DNA from: Blepharisma stoltei ATCC 30299
Lineage: Eukaryota; Protista; Ciliophora
Assembly: GCA_965603825.1 (NCBI GenBank)
Contig: CBFDEM010000038.1
Span: 496,001-560,000, forward strand
Direction of reading: 5' to 3'
DNA: 64,000 bases
Under the pieces are notes generated by a model, which saw nothing but the letters and a program-made list of their open reading frames with translations, did not search any database and was not told the origin of the DNA. This document shows, piece by piece, positions 1 to 12,682 of this stretch. Numbering within the stretch: the first letter of the stretch is position 1; each line of letters starts with the position of its first letter. The position numbers were made by a program, and so were the translations under genes.

Positions 1-118
1 AAATTTCTGGAACTAGGTCAGACTTTACATAACTTTATTAAATTTTCCATACTTATGGCTAAATCAAAGTAAAATGAAATAAATTATATCGTTTATCTAG
101 ATTTTTTGAATTTAAGAA

Positions 119-955
119 CTAATTTTTGCCTTTTCAAGCAAAATAAAAAACTGCCACTATTCCTGCTAGTATAGAAGCCTCAATAATGACTTTTCCAACT
201 TCAAAATATCATTTTTGCTCCTCTTCATGATGATTATTGTTCCAAATAGGATCTTTTAATTCATTCCTATTCAGTAATTCAATTTCAACTGAATAAAGAT
301 TATGACCTTTTGGACATAACGTGATAAATTTTTTAAAATGCTCCTCATCAAATCCATCCCCGCAAGACGCGAAAATTTTTCTAGGGAAATTTTCTTGAAA
401 AAAATAATCATTTGCGCTTGTTTGAATAGGATACAAGAAATAGCAAGATCCATTATAAACATAAATAGAAATCGAAAACTCACATCCTTTCTTAATGATT
501 TTAAAAATTTGTCCATTTTCTTTCCTAATGTATATGCTGACCCAGAGCTTTTCAGAAACTTTCCTTAAATATGACTCGGCGCTGTCAAAAGGTGAGAAAC
601 ATAAGGATAAATCTTGGAAAACCTTAATAAAATTGGGATCTGTACTTGCATTATCAAGGTAATCTATACCTTCAGATTTCAGTCTTCTTACTATTTCTAA
701 TGAGCTTTCATATGAATTTTGGAATGAAGGATGAGCTTGCTGGGAATAGATGAGTTTTTCAAATAATCCAATATCAGATTTGCTATAAATAAAACTCGAT
801 TCTAAATAAACAAATAAAAAAGTCTGATAAAAGTCTTCACGCAGTACAGATCTAATGCTATGAATTTCGTCCCCATGGATAATCTCATCCTCAATGAGGC
901 AGTTATGGAAATCTGTGCGATTACCAAGCGATGAGATTCGATTATAATAGGTCAT
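119..955 (-). CDS. Tail-anchored membrane protein (~278 aa), possibly with a catalytically dead otubain-like domain
   Basis: Track ORF 209..955 ends at TGA. Read as Trp it continues WYFEVGKVIIEASILAGIVAVFYFAWKGKN to TAG at 119-121, adding a C-terminal hydrophobic helix. Weak by-eye similarity to otubain motifs. Confidence 0.65.
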
Positions 956-1004
956 ATTAAAAATTATAGAATTTAGACAAAGAATATGGTAATTTGAATA
1001 AAAA

Positions 1005-2393
1005 CTATGAAACTTCTAACTTCCAATTAATTTTTGTGGTTCTGGCTACCGGTGAAATGTCAGGGAATTTATGATTTTTATGAGTTTCTACGCCTGGCTC
1101 TCTGGAATGGATACTTACAGCGGAAAATCTTCTTTGTCTGAAGTTTTCGATGTTAGGGAAGTCTTTAAATGTGATTTTTTCTCTGCTTTTAGAAGAAACT
1201 AATGAAATCGTTGAGGATTTTAGGGTGTTAAAACGAAGCCATTTGTGTGTGAGGGCTTCTCGTGGGCTAGGCCTTTGAGACGGGTGGGATCTTGTCAGCT
1301 GCAGCACCATTTCTATAGCATTTTTTGAAATATTGCGCCAATAGGCATCATGGAATTGGATAAGGCAGTCAATGTTTTTTAAAAGGGTTTCTTTAGGGGT
1401 TTTGCCTCCAAAAGGAGCTTGGCCTGATAGAATCATATATAAAATAATCCCGAAACTAAATACGTCTACTTTCGGCCCATAAGGCAGTTTTCTTAAAATT
1501 TCAGGGGCTACGTATCCTGGAGATCCGCACTTTTTGGTTAATTCTTTATTTGCGAAGCAGGCAAGCCCGAAATCCGCAAGCTTGAAATCTATATCAGTAA
1601 GCTCTGACTCTAATAAAATATTTTCAAGCTTGATATCTCTATGAACAACGTTCATTGACTTAAGGTAATCCAAAATCCCCAAAAATTTTGCAGTAAATTT
1701 AGCTGCGCTTTCTTCATGTAAAGGACCACGCTTTAGTAGCCTATCTAGCATACTGCCTCCTTCCATATAATCTAAAACTAAATACACGTGATTTTTCCCT
1801 TCAAAAACTTTATGCAATTTTACTATCCCAGGATGGTCAAGAGTTCTCATGATTTCTATCTCATTGCATAAACCGTTCAAGCTGCTTGCACTCTGGAGGA
1901 GTATTTTTGGTATGCATTTAATTGCATAATTCTTTGAATCTTCTAAGTCTTTAGCTAAATATACATGTGAAAAGCTTCCTGAGCCTATTAATTTTTTGAA
2001 CTCATATTCGTGCTTTATGTCAGTCATGATCCCTATTTTAGATAAATGACTTAGCCATAAATCTAATTGATCAGAAGTAGCGGTATAAAAATATCGAGAC
2101 ACAATCCCTTGCCTTAGCCGAAAGCCATATTTTATACCAGTTGTGCTTTCCTCAATAAATGGTTCGGTCGTCTTCCATTTTAAACTCGAAAATTTTGTGA
2201 TTTTGGAAGAAGCGCTACTTGAACGCAAAATTGAGGACTTATTTAAATAGAAATATCTTTCTTTCAACACTTCTGAAACTTTTAGTTCCATCAGACTTCC
2301 TTGATAAATAATTAAAGAAGTCTCTGGCTCTTTGTAATCTTCCCAGAAGCACATGTCTGTTGTCTGATTAATGTTGCTGAAAATTGACGCCAT
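1005..2393 (-). CDS. CAMK-group Ser/Thr kinase with N-terminal PH-like domain
   Basis: GSGSFS, YAIK, HRDIKLEN, DFG and CGSPGYVAPE motifs. N-terminal segment ends in the PH-like helix DQLDLWLSHL. ATG at 2393, TAG stop. Confidence 0.9.
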   Translation of the reverse strand: MASIFSNINQTTDMCFWEDYKEPETSLIIYQGSLMELKVSEVLKERYFYLNKSSILRSSSASSKITKFSSLKWKTTEPFIEESTTGIKYGFRLRQGIVSRYFYTATSDQLDLWLSHLSKIGIMTDIKHEYEFKKLIGSGSFSHVYLAKDLEDSKNYAIKCIPKILLQSASSLNGLCNEIEIMRTLDHPGIVKLHKVFEGKNHVYLVLDYMEGGSMLDRLLKRGPLHEESAAKFTAKFLGILDYLKSMNVVHRDIKLENILLESELTDIDFKLADFGLACFANKELTKKCGSPGYVAPEILRKLPYGPKVDVFSFGIILYMILSGQAPFGGKTPKETLLKNIDCLIQFHDAYWRNISKNAIEMVLQLTRSHPSQRPSPREALTHKWLRFNTLKSSTISLVSSKSREKITFKDFPNIENFRQRRFSAVSIHSREPGVETHKNHKFPDISPVARTTKINWKLEVS

Positions 2394-4493
2394 CAAAGTA
2401 TTTATTATAGTGTGTAATTTGTTTTTGCCTGCCAGTAGGCTTCATAAATGGCAAAGGAGAGAGAATCCACTGTCTGCACTGAAAACCGCTTTCAAAAGGA
2501 AGCTTAGAGAATTAAAAGCAATTCAAGAAAATCCAACCAAAGACATTTTTGTGGCTAATTTTCGAGGTAAAATTTAGAGTTCTTCTCTAAATTTTCAATG
2601 ATAAGGGAATATGCAAAAATTGACCATTAGGAGTTTTCCATACAAATTTAGCTAGTTTACTAGAACCCAGCCAATAAAATCGGAATTATTGCAGAATCTG
2701 ATTATTCATAAGAAGATATTGAATTAATTAAAATCGATTAATCAAATTATTAAGTTAAAGAATGCTAAAAATGGATATGCAAAAGTAGGGATTTAATCAG
2801 TCTCATTTGCTAAGCATTTTTTGAAATTTTTATATGGAAAATAGAGACTTAAGAGAAAGCAGAGTAATAATTTATTAGACTTAATAATTATAATGTTAGG
2901 GTTAATAATATTTCTAAAGTTAAATTATAATGAACAGAATTAATTTATTAATAGTTAAATTTATTTAGTATCAGAATTTAAATTCTTATAAACAAAATTT
3001 TAAATATATTGTTTAAGATAGATTATATATATTATTTTTGTTTTATAATAAGGATTTTTGTATTTTATTAAATTTTAAACTTAAAGCTTTAATTAATTCA
3101 TATTGAATCTAAAAGAAATCATTATTTAAAATAATATAATTTATTCGATTCTGGATTTGATGATTTTAGCAGTGATAGAATGATAATTTGATTTTCTAAT
3201 TAAAATGATTACAGGTGAAATAAATTTAAAACTAAAATATTATTCTAAAAAATATTTTATGTAAACTGAATAATTTAGAAAATTAGGATATAATAGCTGA
3301 CTAAGGAAGATGAAAAGTTTTAATGCTCCAAAAAGATTTTTTTAACCTATATGCATATAATCACCATGGATTTTTCATCTTAAGCAATATTAGCATTGAA
3401 AATTTAAAATCTTTCTGATTTATGATTTTTCTATTAAAGCTTAATTCAGAATAGAATTAAATATTAATTTTTACTTGTGACATATTTATCAAATAATCAT
3501 TGAACTGAACTATGTAGTCTAAAAAATCTTAGGGATAACACCGATTACAAAAAAATAATTTTTTTAATTATTGTAAAAAATATTATATGTGCATTAAACC
3601 ATCACTCATTCCTAAATTTGAAATAAAAACTTTCCCGCAAAATTAACTTTTTAGCTTAAGCACTAGCAATCTTAATCTCATTGTTTAATGGAATTTTCTA
3701 CATATATACTAAAATAATTATAAAAATTTTTTTAATAGGGCTGATTTTGATGAGGGTAATAATGTCTAAGAATTCGGAGTTATAAGGATAAAATAAGGAA
3801 TACTCTTAAAATTGTACGCTAATACTAAGAATATTTTAATTATTAATTCAATAAAGTGAAAAAAGGAAAAGATATTCGGAGAAAGCCTTAAATAGCATAA
3901 AGATTCAAATATCTTTGGAGAAAAAAAAAACTCGAAACCAATTGAAAAATTGAAAGGATTTGGAATTGTCATAGATAATAATTTTTCTATTTATATGAGC
4001 TTATTCGCTAATATTGCCATTCTTTAAATTGATAAATCAGAGAATCTTTTCATAAATTGTTTATCCTTATTTAAGCTGGAGATATCTATTTCTCAAAAAA
4101 TCCAAAAATAAGTCAAATTTAATTTTGATCAATTATTATTCGTTGCAGACAAATAAAATTAAGGTATAATCATAAAGCTTACAATCATCAAGAGTTGCTA
4201 TATGTGATCGAAGAATAAAATCAAGCAAAGCAGCCTGAACATACAAAGTCATCCTTATATATATTATAAACTATAAAATAAATTAAACTCAAATATATAA
4301 CAATTCTAAAATTAATTAAAATAGCTTTTTACAGAGGTTTAGCAATATTTAAAAACGAGATGTCAAGCAGCTTTTAAAGCAGCCATAATTAAAGATTGCT
4401 TATTTCTCTGAAAATTAGAATCCTTTTGGTGATCTTAAATATCAGAAAGTTTATAGAATTATAAAATATGAGATAAAAGCATAGAAATTAGTA

Positions 4494-5888
4494 ATGGAAA
4501 GTCAAGAAAATTCTGAAATAATAAAAGAAAGCTTGATTGCTCTAGGCTTTGAAGAATGGAAAATTAACATCATCCTCTCATTTGCAAATTCTTGTGAGCA
4601 AGCCATTGATCTTATTTTATATAATGATTGAGATTCAATTGATTTAGATTCTATAAAAAATGAACCTATTGTACAAACAGAAAACTCAATCAATCCTGAA
4701 TCAGCCGGAAATAATGCAGAGATAATAAAGAACCTACGGGAGATGATTCCTGGCTGTGAAGAATTACATGAAAAATTGATGCAAGACATAGTCACGAATG
4801 ATGAAAATAAAGAGAAAATCTATTTAATGGCCCGAGAAATGGGCTTTGACGATAAAAACTCAAGGTGAGCAGCAGATCAATTTGATAATTTGGAAAGCGC
4901 TGTAAGTTATTTAGCAGAAAGGGCTAAAGCAGACGAATTAAGCCAAATAAAAACACAGATATACATTACTGCTAAAGAAATGGGCAAGGATGAAGCTACA
5001 GCTACGAAGGCAGGGTTTGAATTTGACAGCCTTGAAGATGCTATTAAATTTTTGTCAATAGAAGAAGAAGTCAAACAATCAGAAAATATTACAATAAGTC
5101 AGCCTAATGAAGAAGAAAATTCTAAAAAAATCAATGAAACTAATCAATTCACTGAAGAAACACCAATTGCTGCCTCACGGTCATACACTGGTAGAGAAGA
5201 TGAAGGAGAAATTTCAAGTGCAATAAATAATGAAGAGAGATCTATTTTAAATACTCAAGATTCTAGCATGCAGAACCAAATAAATTCTAATCAAGGGAAT
5301 GGAGAGTTTATGTTCGAAGATTTAGAAGGCTTTATTCATCAAGGAGTAAAAATCTCAAACGAGCCCAGTATTCAGCCTCTATATTATACTGATTATGAAG
5401 AAGTATATGAAGAAGAGGAATGTGAAGAATATGCAGGGCAAAATTTATATGCAGCGGAAAATGCTGATAATTATGAAGGTGATTTTAATGAAGAAAATCA
5501 GCCCGACGAAATGGGACTTGAAGAGTTTGGCATAAGAGTAGAGGATATAAGTGAGGAAAGAAAAGAAAACGGTGGGGAAAGGTGAATTTCTTCTGAGCCA
5601 ATAAACATTAATGGGGAATATGTAGAAGGGATAGATAGAGAGCACATCATGGATATTTTAAGCAATATTATTCCTGTAACAGGACTATCTGAAGAAGCAA
5701 AGTCAAGAATTGTTGAGTTCATGTATGACGGCGAAATTCTTTGTAAGGAATGTGTCATTTGTTGTGACAAATTCGAAGAGAAGGACGTTCTTTATAAACT
5801 ACCATGCAGTCACATTTTCCACAAAGACTGCTTCTTGAAGTACGCTGAGAGGAGTGAGAGTTGTCCCTTAGATCGACAAAAAATTTAA
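4494..5888 (+). CDS. UBA-like repeats + RING-H2 E3 ligase (~464 aa)
   Basis: One frame from ATG 4494 through in-frame TGAs (e.g. 5583-5585) joins track ORFs 4890 and 5649. LIALGFEE/EMGFD/EMGKD UBA-like helices. C-terminal CVICC...LPCSHIFHKDC...CPLDR. Confidence 0.85.
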
Positions 5889-6029
5889 TTGTGCTATAGT
5901 CTCTAAATAATTGATAATTTGGAGCTGCAAGAATTTTTATTAATGTAATATCAGAAAAATTATTAAAATTGTTTTTCGAATTTTAATCGATTTCTCATGA
6001 GATTATCGATTGAGATAATTTTTAAATAG

Positions 6030-6180
6030 GAGACTCAGAAATTATTAACCCAAGCTAACTGCTATTGGATTTGGAGAATGGACAATTAATTAAATGCTTC
6101 TTATGAGAAAGTTCCTAGCTACCTTACAGATGAAGATTCAAAAAATACAGATTTTATTTCTACAAAAATAGCAAGCCTAG
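6030..6180 (+). pseudogene. Frameshifted remnant of the UBA-RING family N-terminus
   Basis: Translates in pieces as EII / KLTAIGFGEWTIN / NASYEKVPSYLTDEDSKNTDFISTKI, matching EIIKSKLLNIGFDEWKID...ANSYEEALNYILDADWDNINFVSTNI of the gene at 6869. Confidence 0.7.
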
Positions 6181-6868
6181 AAACTTGGGATGACATACAA
6201 TTATTTTGAAGCTGCCGCTTCCTCTTACGATACAACGATTATATCAGAAAACTGAAAAAATAAGAACTAGAGACAAAAAATGCACAAAATTAAGCTTTAT
6301 AAATATTCGAATTAATGAAAACAAATTTAGACTTTTCCATAAAAATTTTTAATAAATTTTTATATTAATACAAATTATATATGAATAAACTGATATATAA
6401 AGAGATAAAATAGTAAAGGTTTCAAATAAAAATTATAATGAGTTTTCTAATAGAGACTATAAAGCCCCATAATTAAATATGGCGCTAATAGAAGATCTCC
6501 TTACTTTGATTAAATCAGCACCGATTAATATAGATTTTGGGATTAATTGCAATCAGCAATCGAATTTTAGCACATCTTGAGTATAAAATAAATACTGCCA
6601 GAGCTTATGATCTTATAGCATGCTTTGCAATATAGTCATACAGCTAAAAGAAGTCATTATGCCAAACTTATAAGAGGTCTATTTAATGTATTTAAAACCT
6701 CATTAATAATGTTTAATCCGCATAAAATTACTGAGACTGCTATCATATAATCATGTGAGCATGACCCCTAAAACCAGGCACTGCTTTTCCTCTGTATACT
6801 CCATCTAAAGTGACTGTTGTAAAGCCAACTCTTGTAAGAAATTTTACCAATAAACTCTATAATTTTTA

Positions 6869-8382
6869 ATGGAAATAAGGGAAAACGCTGAAATCATTAA
6901 ATCCAAGCTATTAAATATAGGATTTGATGAATGAAAAATAGACTTAACATTGCAATTTGCAAATTCTTATGAAGAAGCTCTTAATTATATTCTTGATGCA
7001 GACTGAGACAATATTAATTTCGTTTCTACAAATATTTCAGAGACAAGACAAAATGAGATGCAAACAGACTATGGGAATTCTGCAACTATTTCTAGTAGAG
7101 CAACTGTAAATGAGGCACACAGAAAATCAGGAAATATAATAAAAGAGGAATTAATAAAACAAAAAAGGAGATTTCATCAAGCAGCACAAAATTTAGGCAT
7201 CAGTGAAGCCACATTTAAAGCAAAAATTGAGAGTGTAGAGACTTTAGAAGAATTGGATAAAGCTGTTTTTGAGTTCATAAATCAGTGCAAGCTTAAAGAT
7301 AAAATATATACATATGCTTTGGAAATTGGTCTCAGTCATAAAACAGCAAAATGAGCATCAGTATTTTTTGACAATTTAGAAAATGCTATGGAATATTTAA
7401 ATGAATTATGAGTAGACGAAAAAAAATGTAAAGAGAAAAATCAAATCTATTCCCAAGCACCAAAAAATGAGTCCAATATTCCATTTTTGTCAAGAGAAGA
7501 AGAGAATAAGCTTATCACTCCTGTTAATTGAGCTGATGATGAAGCAGATATTAATGGAGATGATGAAGATTTTGATGAGTATCCCCGAAAAATCTACAAA
7601 ATGTTTAGAGATATTGGCATTGAAGAAGAAAAATCTAGAGAAATGCTAAGAGAATGCACAAATATGAAAGAAGCTAAAGAAATGGCAGATGAATATACAA
7701 GATTTAAAAAACATATGCCTTTTTTCTGTATTTTTTTTTGAAATTGATAGTTGAGCTCTGTGCAAGTCCAGTCATATTGATTATAAATTTATATATGTCT
7801 AAAAATTATTATCCCGTATATGAACAATTGGGTAATTCCAGCCAAGAAGAAGTCTTTCTCGCCTATAATCCGTTTTATCAATTAGAAGAACAAGAAGAAT
7901 TTGAAGAAGAAAAATATTTATACAGCGGAGAAGATTTGATAGGATTTTCAGATGGCCCTCGAATATCCGAATATATTTATGAGGAAAATAATAGCAGTGA
8001 AGAAGAATTAAATGAAATTAGCTGAGAAAGGCAAGAAATAAGGGATGTGGAAAGAGAGGAAAATATTGGAGAATGATGGATTTCTTCAGATCCAATCATT
8101 ATTGATGGAATGTATGCTCAGGAAACTAATAGAGAGCAAATTATGGATATTTTAAGTGGAGTAGTCCCTGCAAAAGGGCTATCTGAAGAAGCACGAGCAA
8201 GAATCACAGAATTTTTGTATAATGATGAAATTAGTGACGAGAATTGTGTAATTTGCTGTGAAAAATTCGAAGAAAAAAATGTCCTATTAAAATTACCATG
8301 CAGTCATATTTTTCATAAAGACTGTTTTTTGGAGTATGCTGAAAGGAGTGATAATTGTCCTTTGGACCGAAAAAAAATTTAA
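6869..8382 (+). CDS. UBA-like + RING-H2 E3 ligase paralog, split at ~7714-7793
   Basis: ATG 6869 frame runs to TAG 7748-7750. The RING half (ATG 7795 to TAA 8382) is in another frame. Both halves are colinear with paralog 4494..5888. Confidence 0.7.
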
Positions 8383-9346
8383 TCATATATAGTGCAGGCT
8401 TAAGTAATTTTAAGTAAATAAGTTAACTTTAAATAAATCTGTAATAAATTCTTAATCTTGAAGATGGCGCTGCTCGAAAAAAACTATATAATTTTTTTTT
8501 AGGATTAGGCTAGAAACAGCGTATTCGAGATTCATTTTAATTTTTCCTCCTAATTGGAGAGTATCAGCTACTAATTTCAATTTTTTTACTTTATGTTTTA
8601 TCTTATGCTAATAATATGTTTCTTTAAAAAGTCATTATCCTTCTAAATGAAAGAAAATTATAAAAGTTTATTATGCAAATACAATTTAAATGAGCACGTA
8701 AAATTAATATGAAAGCAGCACAAACAATTAAGGTTATGCAAATCCTGAATTAAATATAGCTTCAGTAGGAGATCTCTTTCCTCCCCTTGACAAATACAGA
8801 TGTTCCTTTGATATATCAGAAAACACTAATTAAATAGTAAATACTATTTGCATAACTGCCCTTCATCTGGATATTGTATTAAATATTATTTATAAAGAGA
8901 AGGAATAGAGAATCCCCTCTAAGGCGAATAAGACAAAAATGAGCCAAAAGCAGCCAAACAGATTAAACTTATTGAGATGAGTATTTATGAGCCAGCTGAG
9001 CCTGGCAAATATCAAAGCAGAAAGAAAAATAAAGCATTTAAAAAGCTCAAGATGAAGAAATTCAAAGCCTCAAATTTAACACAGAAAAAGAGTAAGAAAA
9101 ATTGATCATTTGAGTGAATGATATTTAAGAGTTAACTACGACTTATGCTCATTAATAATTGCTTGTGCATCTAAACAGAATTTATTATCAAACCAATTCA
9201 ATCACCGCATCTATATTTCATTTATTTTAAGATCTACTTTAACATTAGCAGTAGATGAAAAATTTGCAAATATTAGCACTTCTAAATCAATATAACTCTT
9301 CTAAATTACACTCAGCTTTTATTTTAAGTAGCCCCATAAATTAAAG

Positions 9347-9826
9347 ATGGTATCGATAGGTGATATTCTAGCTATGATCGTTGACGATAATGACTCTTGT
9401 TCTGATATTTCAGGCAGTGAAGGCTCAAACTGATCTTCTGGTTCTTATGACAGCCAACATCGTCGTTATAATCATGGCTGCTCAAGCTGCGGATATTGTA
9501 GAAGTTGTTATGATAAATACGGCTGCAACAAAGATAGTTTTGACTCGATGGATCTTATTTTCCAAGACGATTGAGAGACGCCAATAGAATTCGTGATTCA
9601 AGATACTACAGATCAAAATTATTGAAATAGCTTTTTTTCTGAGACAATTAAATGTACAAAAAATTTTTATTTTAAAAGAAATTCTAAAAAGATGAAAAAT
9701 GATAAAGTTTTTAAAAAAGCAAATTTGCTAGGAAAAAATAATTGGAAAAATGAAAAAATCCAAAACTTAAAGAGAAAAAGCAGAGAAAAGGCGAAGAAAG
9801 TTGACTATTTAAATGGCTGGTATTAA
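9347..9826 (+). CDS. Hypothetical Cys-cluster protein with basic C-terminus (159 aa)
   Basis: ATG 9347 to TAA 9826 is open only with TGA=Trp (3 TGAs). Contains HGCSSCGYCRSCYDKYGC. Absent from the ORF track. Confidence 0.65.
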
Positions 9827-10347
9827 AATCAGAATTAGTATTGCATTGGTTTTAAGATAACTTGCTAATCAGATTTTATAATTCTTTTAAATAATACTAT
9901 ATAAGGAAAAACCTTTAGAAATAATTAATAGTCATTGCTGCAGCTTGAAAGTCAAACCAAGCAATAATTATCTGCCTACTTATTTATAATCATATAGCTT
10001 AAAGAATATATTTCATAATAAAATGCCAAATCAAAAATTCATTCAAAAATTGAAAAATTATAAGTTTTATTAATAGCTAAACCATTTTTTAGTAACTAAA
10101 AAAATATATTGATTAATTATAAATTTAATTATTAAAGTTACAAACTAATATGCTATCTTCTTTAAACCAATATCTTCTATAATGATATCAAACAATTAAA
10201 GCCAGCACTCTCTTAAAGCTACTCAAATTCTTCAGAGTTTTTATTTTATTTATAAAATTCATTTTAAATAAGTTTTAAACTATTATTTAAATTATCCAAA
10301 AGCTATCTCCTTATTAATATAAAAAATATAATTTTTATATCGTAAAT

Positions 10348-11325
10348 ATGAGGAGAAGTTATAGTCACACCTACCTTAATTCTTCGCTAACATCTCCGTC
10401 AAATTCGACCTCAAACCAACCTATAACTCTTCAAGGCAATTTATCAAAAAAATTCCCTGACACAAACTCCTCCAAATGGGAAGGCTTATCTTTAACTGGC
10501 AATCCCAGCAATGCTAAGCAGTTAGCTGGAATTCGGTCTCCACGACGTTGGGACGAATACAGCAATGGGTCTCGAACTGTAATCCCAAGCCAGCCAGCTA
10601 CAGAGCCAATTACACCTCGCCGTACAATGACTCCTCGTGCCTCCAATGCAACAGGAAATCTTATGGACATGATTAATAAAGGATACTCCAAAGAAGAACT
10701 AGGGACTTACTCAAGAAGAGTCTCTATTAATGGAAAAACTGTATATTCAAATGCTACAAGCATTGACAATACTGCTTGTAATGAAGCTTATAAAGGAAAA
10801 GGCATCTACGCCCCTGGGTTCATTCAAGATCGAAAAATAAGAAAAGAAAGCGGGATTGGCTTTGAAAATCGGCAAAGCCAAATTTCGACCCTCCCTGGCC
10901 CACATAAAGAAGCTAAAGAAAAGCCGAGAGAAATTCGTATCAAGCCTGACTATTATTCACACATCTCTGATTTGCCTGGATATTTAACTAAACCAGAGCC
11001 TTCAGTTGAAAAAGCAAATCCACTTGTAAAATTGTCAAGACATACAGCGACTTCTATAGAAAAACAAAATATGCTAGGGCAAACACCTGACAAGACTGGA
11101 CCAAAACGAGAAATAATTCCTTCTAAGAAGCCTGCCGACTCAGAGTTTAATAACATTGGAAAGGAAAGGGCGCTAAATCCTTATAGCACAGGCAAGCTTT
11201 CTAATAAAGAAGCCCAACAAAGGCTACTTGGAGCTAGTAACTCTGAATGCACTGATTTCAGCAAAAGAGCTCGGCCGATGTCGGCAAGAGACATGTTTAA
11301 AAGCAGCATCCCATTTTTAAGTTAA
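10348..11325 (+). CDS. Hypothetical low-complexity protein (325 aa)
   Basis: Long ATG-TAA ORF with coding-like GC. No domain recognised. Confidence 0.8.
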   Translation: MRRSYSHTYLNSSLTSPSNSTSNQPITLQGNLSKKFPDTNSSKWEGLSLTGNPSNAKQLAGIRSPRRWDEYSNGSRTVIPSQPATEPITPRRTMTPRASNATGNLMDMINKGYSKEELGTYSRRVSINGKTVYSNATSIDNTACNEAYKGKGIYAPGFIQDRKIRKESGIGFENRQSQISTLPGPHKEAKEKPREIRIKPDYYSHISDLPGYLTKPEPSVEKANPLVKLSRHTATSIEKQNMLGQTPDKTGPKREIIPSKKPADSEFNNIGKERALNPYSTGKLSNKEAQQRLLGASNSECTDFSKRARPMSARDMFKSSIPFLS

Positions 11326-11337
11326 TTCGTCATTTAA

Positions 11338-12651
11338 TTACTTACAAAAACAGCAAAAAATCTTTTTCAAGCTACTTTTTTTAGTTTTTTCAGTCTGTGT
11401 GCATTTCACTGAGAGCGGGTGTCTTTCTTCTTGTTCAGTCCCATTGTATTCTTCATTGTGTTTTTCTTCATGATGCTCATTAGAATCATTAATTTGATAT
11501 GAAATAAAATTATTGTTACTCATTGAATACATCGAGCTGAATTCTTCTGAGCTTTCAGAACCATGAACGACTTCTTTTAGCTTTCTAGGAGGTTTTCTTT
11601 TGTGTACTGAAGAGTCCAAAACTGCAGGCTTCCTTTCGTTTTCGTCTTCTGATTGATTTGTAAATTTCATTGCTCATAACTCATTATCGATTTTTCAATC
11701 ACTTGAAAAGTCATTATCAATTTTTAGTCTATTTTTGACAGATTTTCCATTGATATTAATATCTTCAGGAATCGGAATTGTGAAATCAGGATTGCTAAAT
11801 GAAAACACACTATTATGCCCAAATGACTTAGAATTTTGTATCGAGGAAATATTTTCCCCTGAAGGAAAAGCTTGAAATAGCTTCATTTTCTCTGCTTTCG
11901 AGCTATCTAATATTTTCAAATCAATTGATGAGCTAGATATACTTTCCATCACAGAATCTTTAAGTAAATAGCTTACGCCATCCTCTAAGTCGCTGCTTTT
12001 CATTTTATTGATAAATCTCCTTAAATCTCTTCTGATATCCTCCACATTAGACTGAAGCGAATTGGTCATTTCTGGCTTTTCTGTGCTCTGGCTACCTTCA
12101 ATAGCTGCTTTTAAATGTGAGCTTAAATATCTTTCCTCGTTTTCCTCTATTTTTCCTTGAGTTACCTCACTTGGTTCCAAGCTTAAAGTCGGTATATAAT
12201 TCCCAGTGGTCTCTTCCTCCTGAATAGAGGCAAAAATCCCTTGAAGTTTTGAATTTTTGTTTAAATTGAGCTGAATAAGAGTTGGGATTATCAGAGCTTG
12301 TTCTATCTCACTTAAATATTTGACTTTTAGATATCGTTCTTGCTTTAAATAAGTACTATATTGCTAAATAACTCTTACCAAAATCGTAGTCTGGCGTTCC
12401 CTTATATCCAAAGCTCATTGTTTTCTATTTTCATCCAAAAATGCTTTTAGGTCATAGACCTGCTTTTTTAGCTTCAAACAGTTGAGCACCAGTCTTGCTT
12501 TTCTTTGGTCTTTAGCCCGCTGGAGCTCTAAAGCTTTGGTTTTATTTACATTTTGGGCCTTTTCGATCTGCTTTTTTACCTCTGCTATTTGACGTGTAAG
12601 TGTGTCTATGATTGACATGTCAAAATCTTCATCATCAAGGGACTTTTCCAT
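11338..12651 (-). CDS. Coiled-coil protein with C-terminal polybasic/Cys tail (~432 aa, 1 intron)
   Basis: Track ORFs 12415, 11695 and 11338 share a frame and are joined by TGA=Trp plus the 15-nt intron 12364..12378. Ends KKSSLKKIFCCFCK. Confidence 0.8.
12364..12378 (-). other. 15-nt spliceosomal intron GTAAGAGTTATTTAG
   Basis: GT-AG, A at position 10; removal deletes an in-frame TAG. Confidence 0.85.
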
Positions 12652-12682
12652 GAAAATTAATTTAAAATTATTTCACATAGAA

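Noticed and set aside
2400-4490. MITE, IES or ncRNA in the long AT-rich spacer
   Set aside because: No terminal inverted repeats, telomeric repeats or recognisable RNA structure found by eye.
8930-9150. Short Lys-rich reading frame
   Set aside because: Too short, no clear start, and no recognisable similarity.
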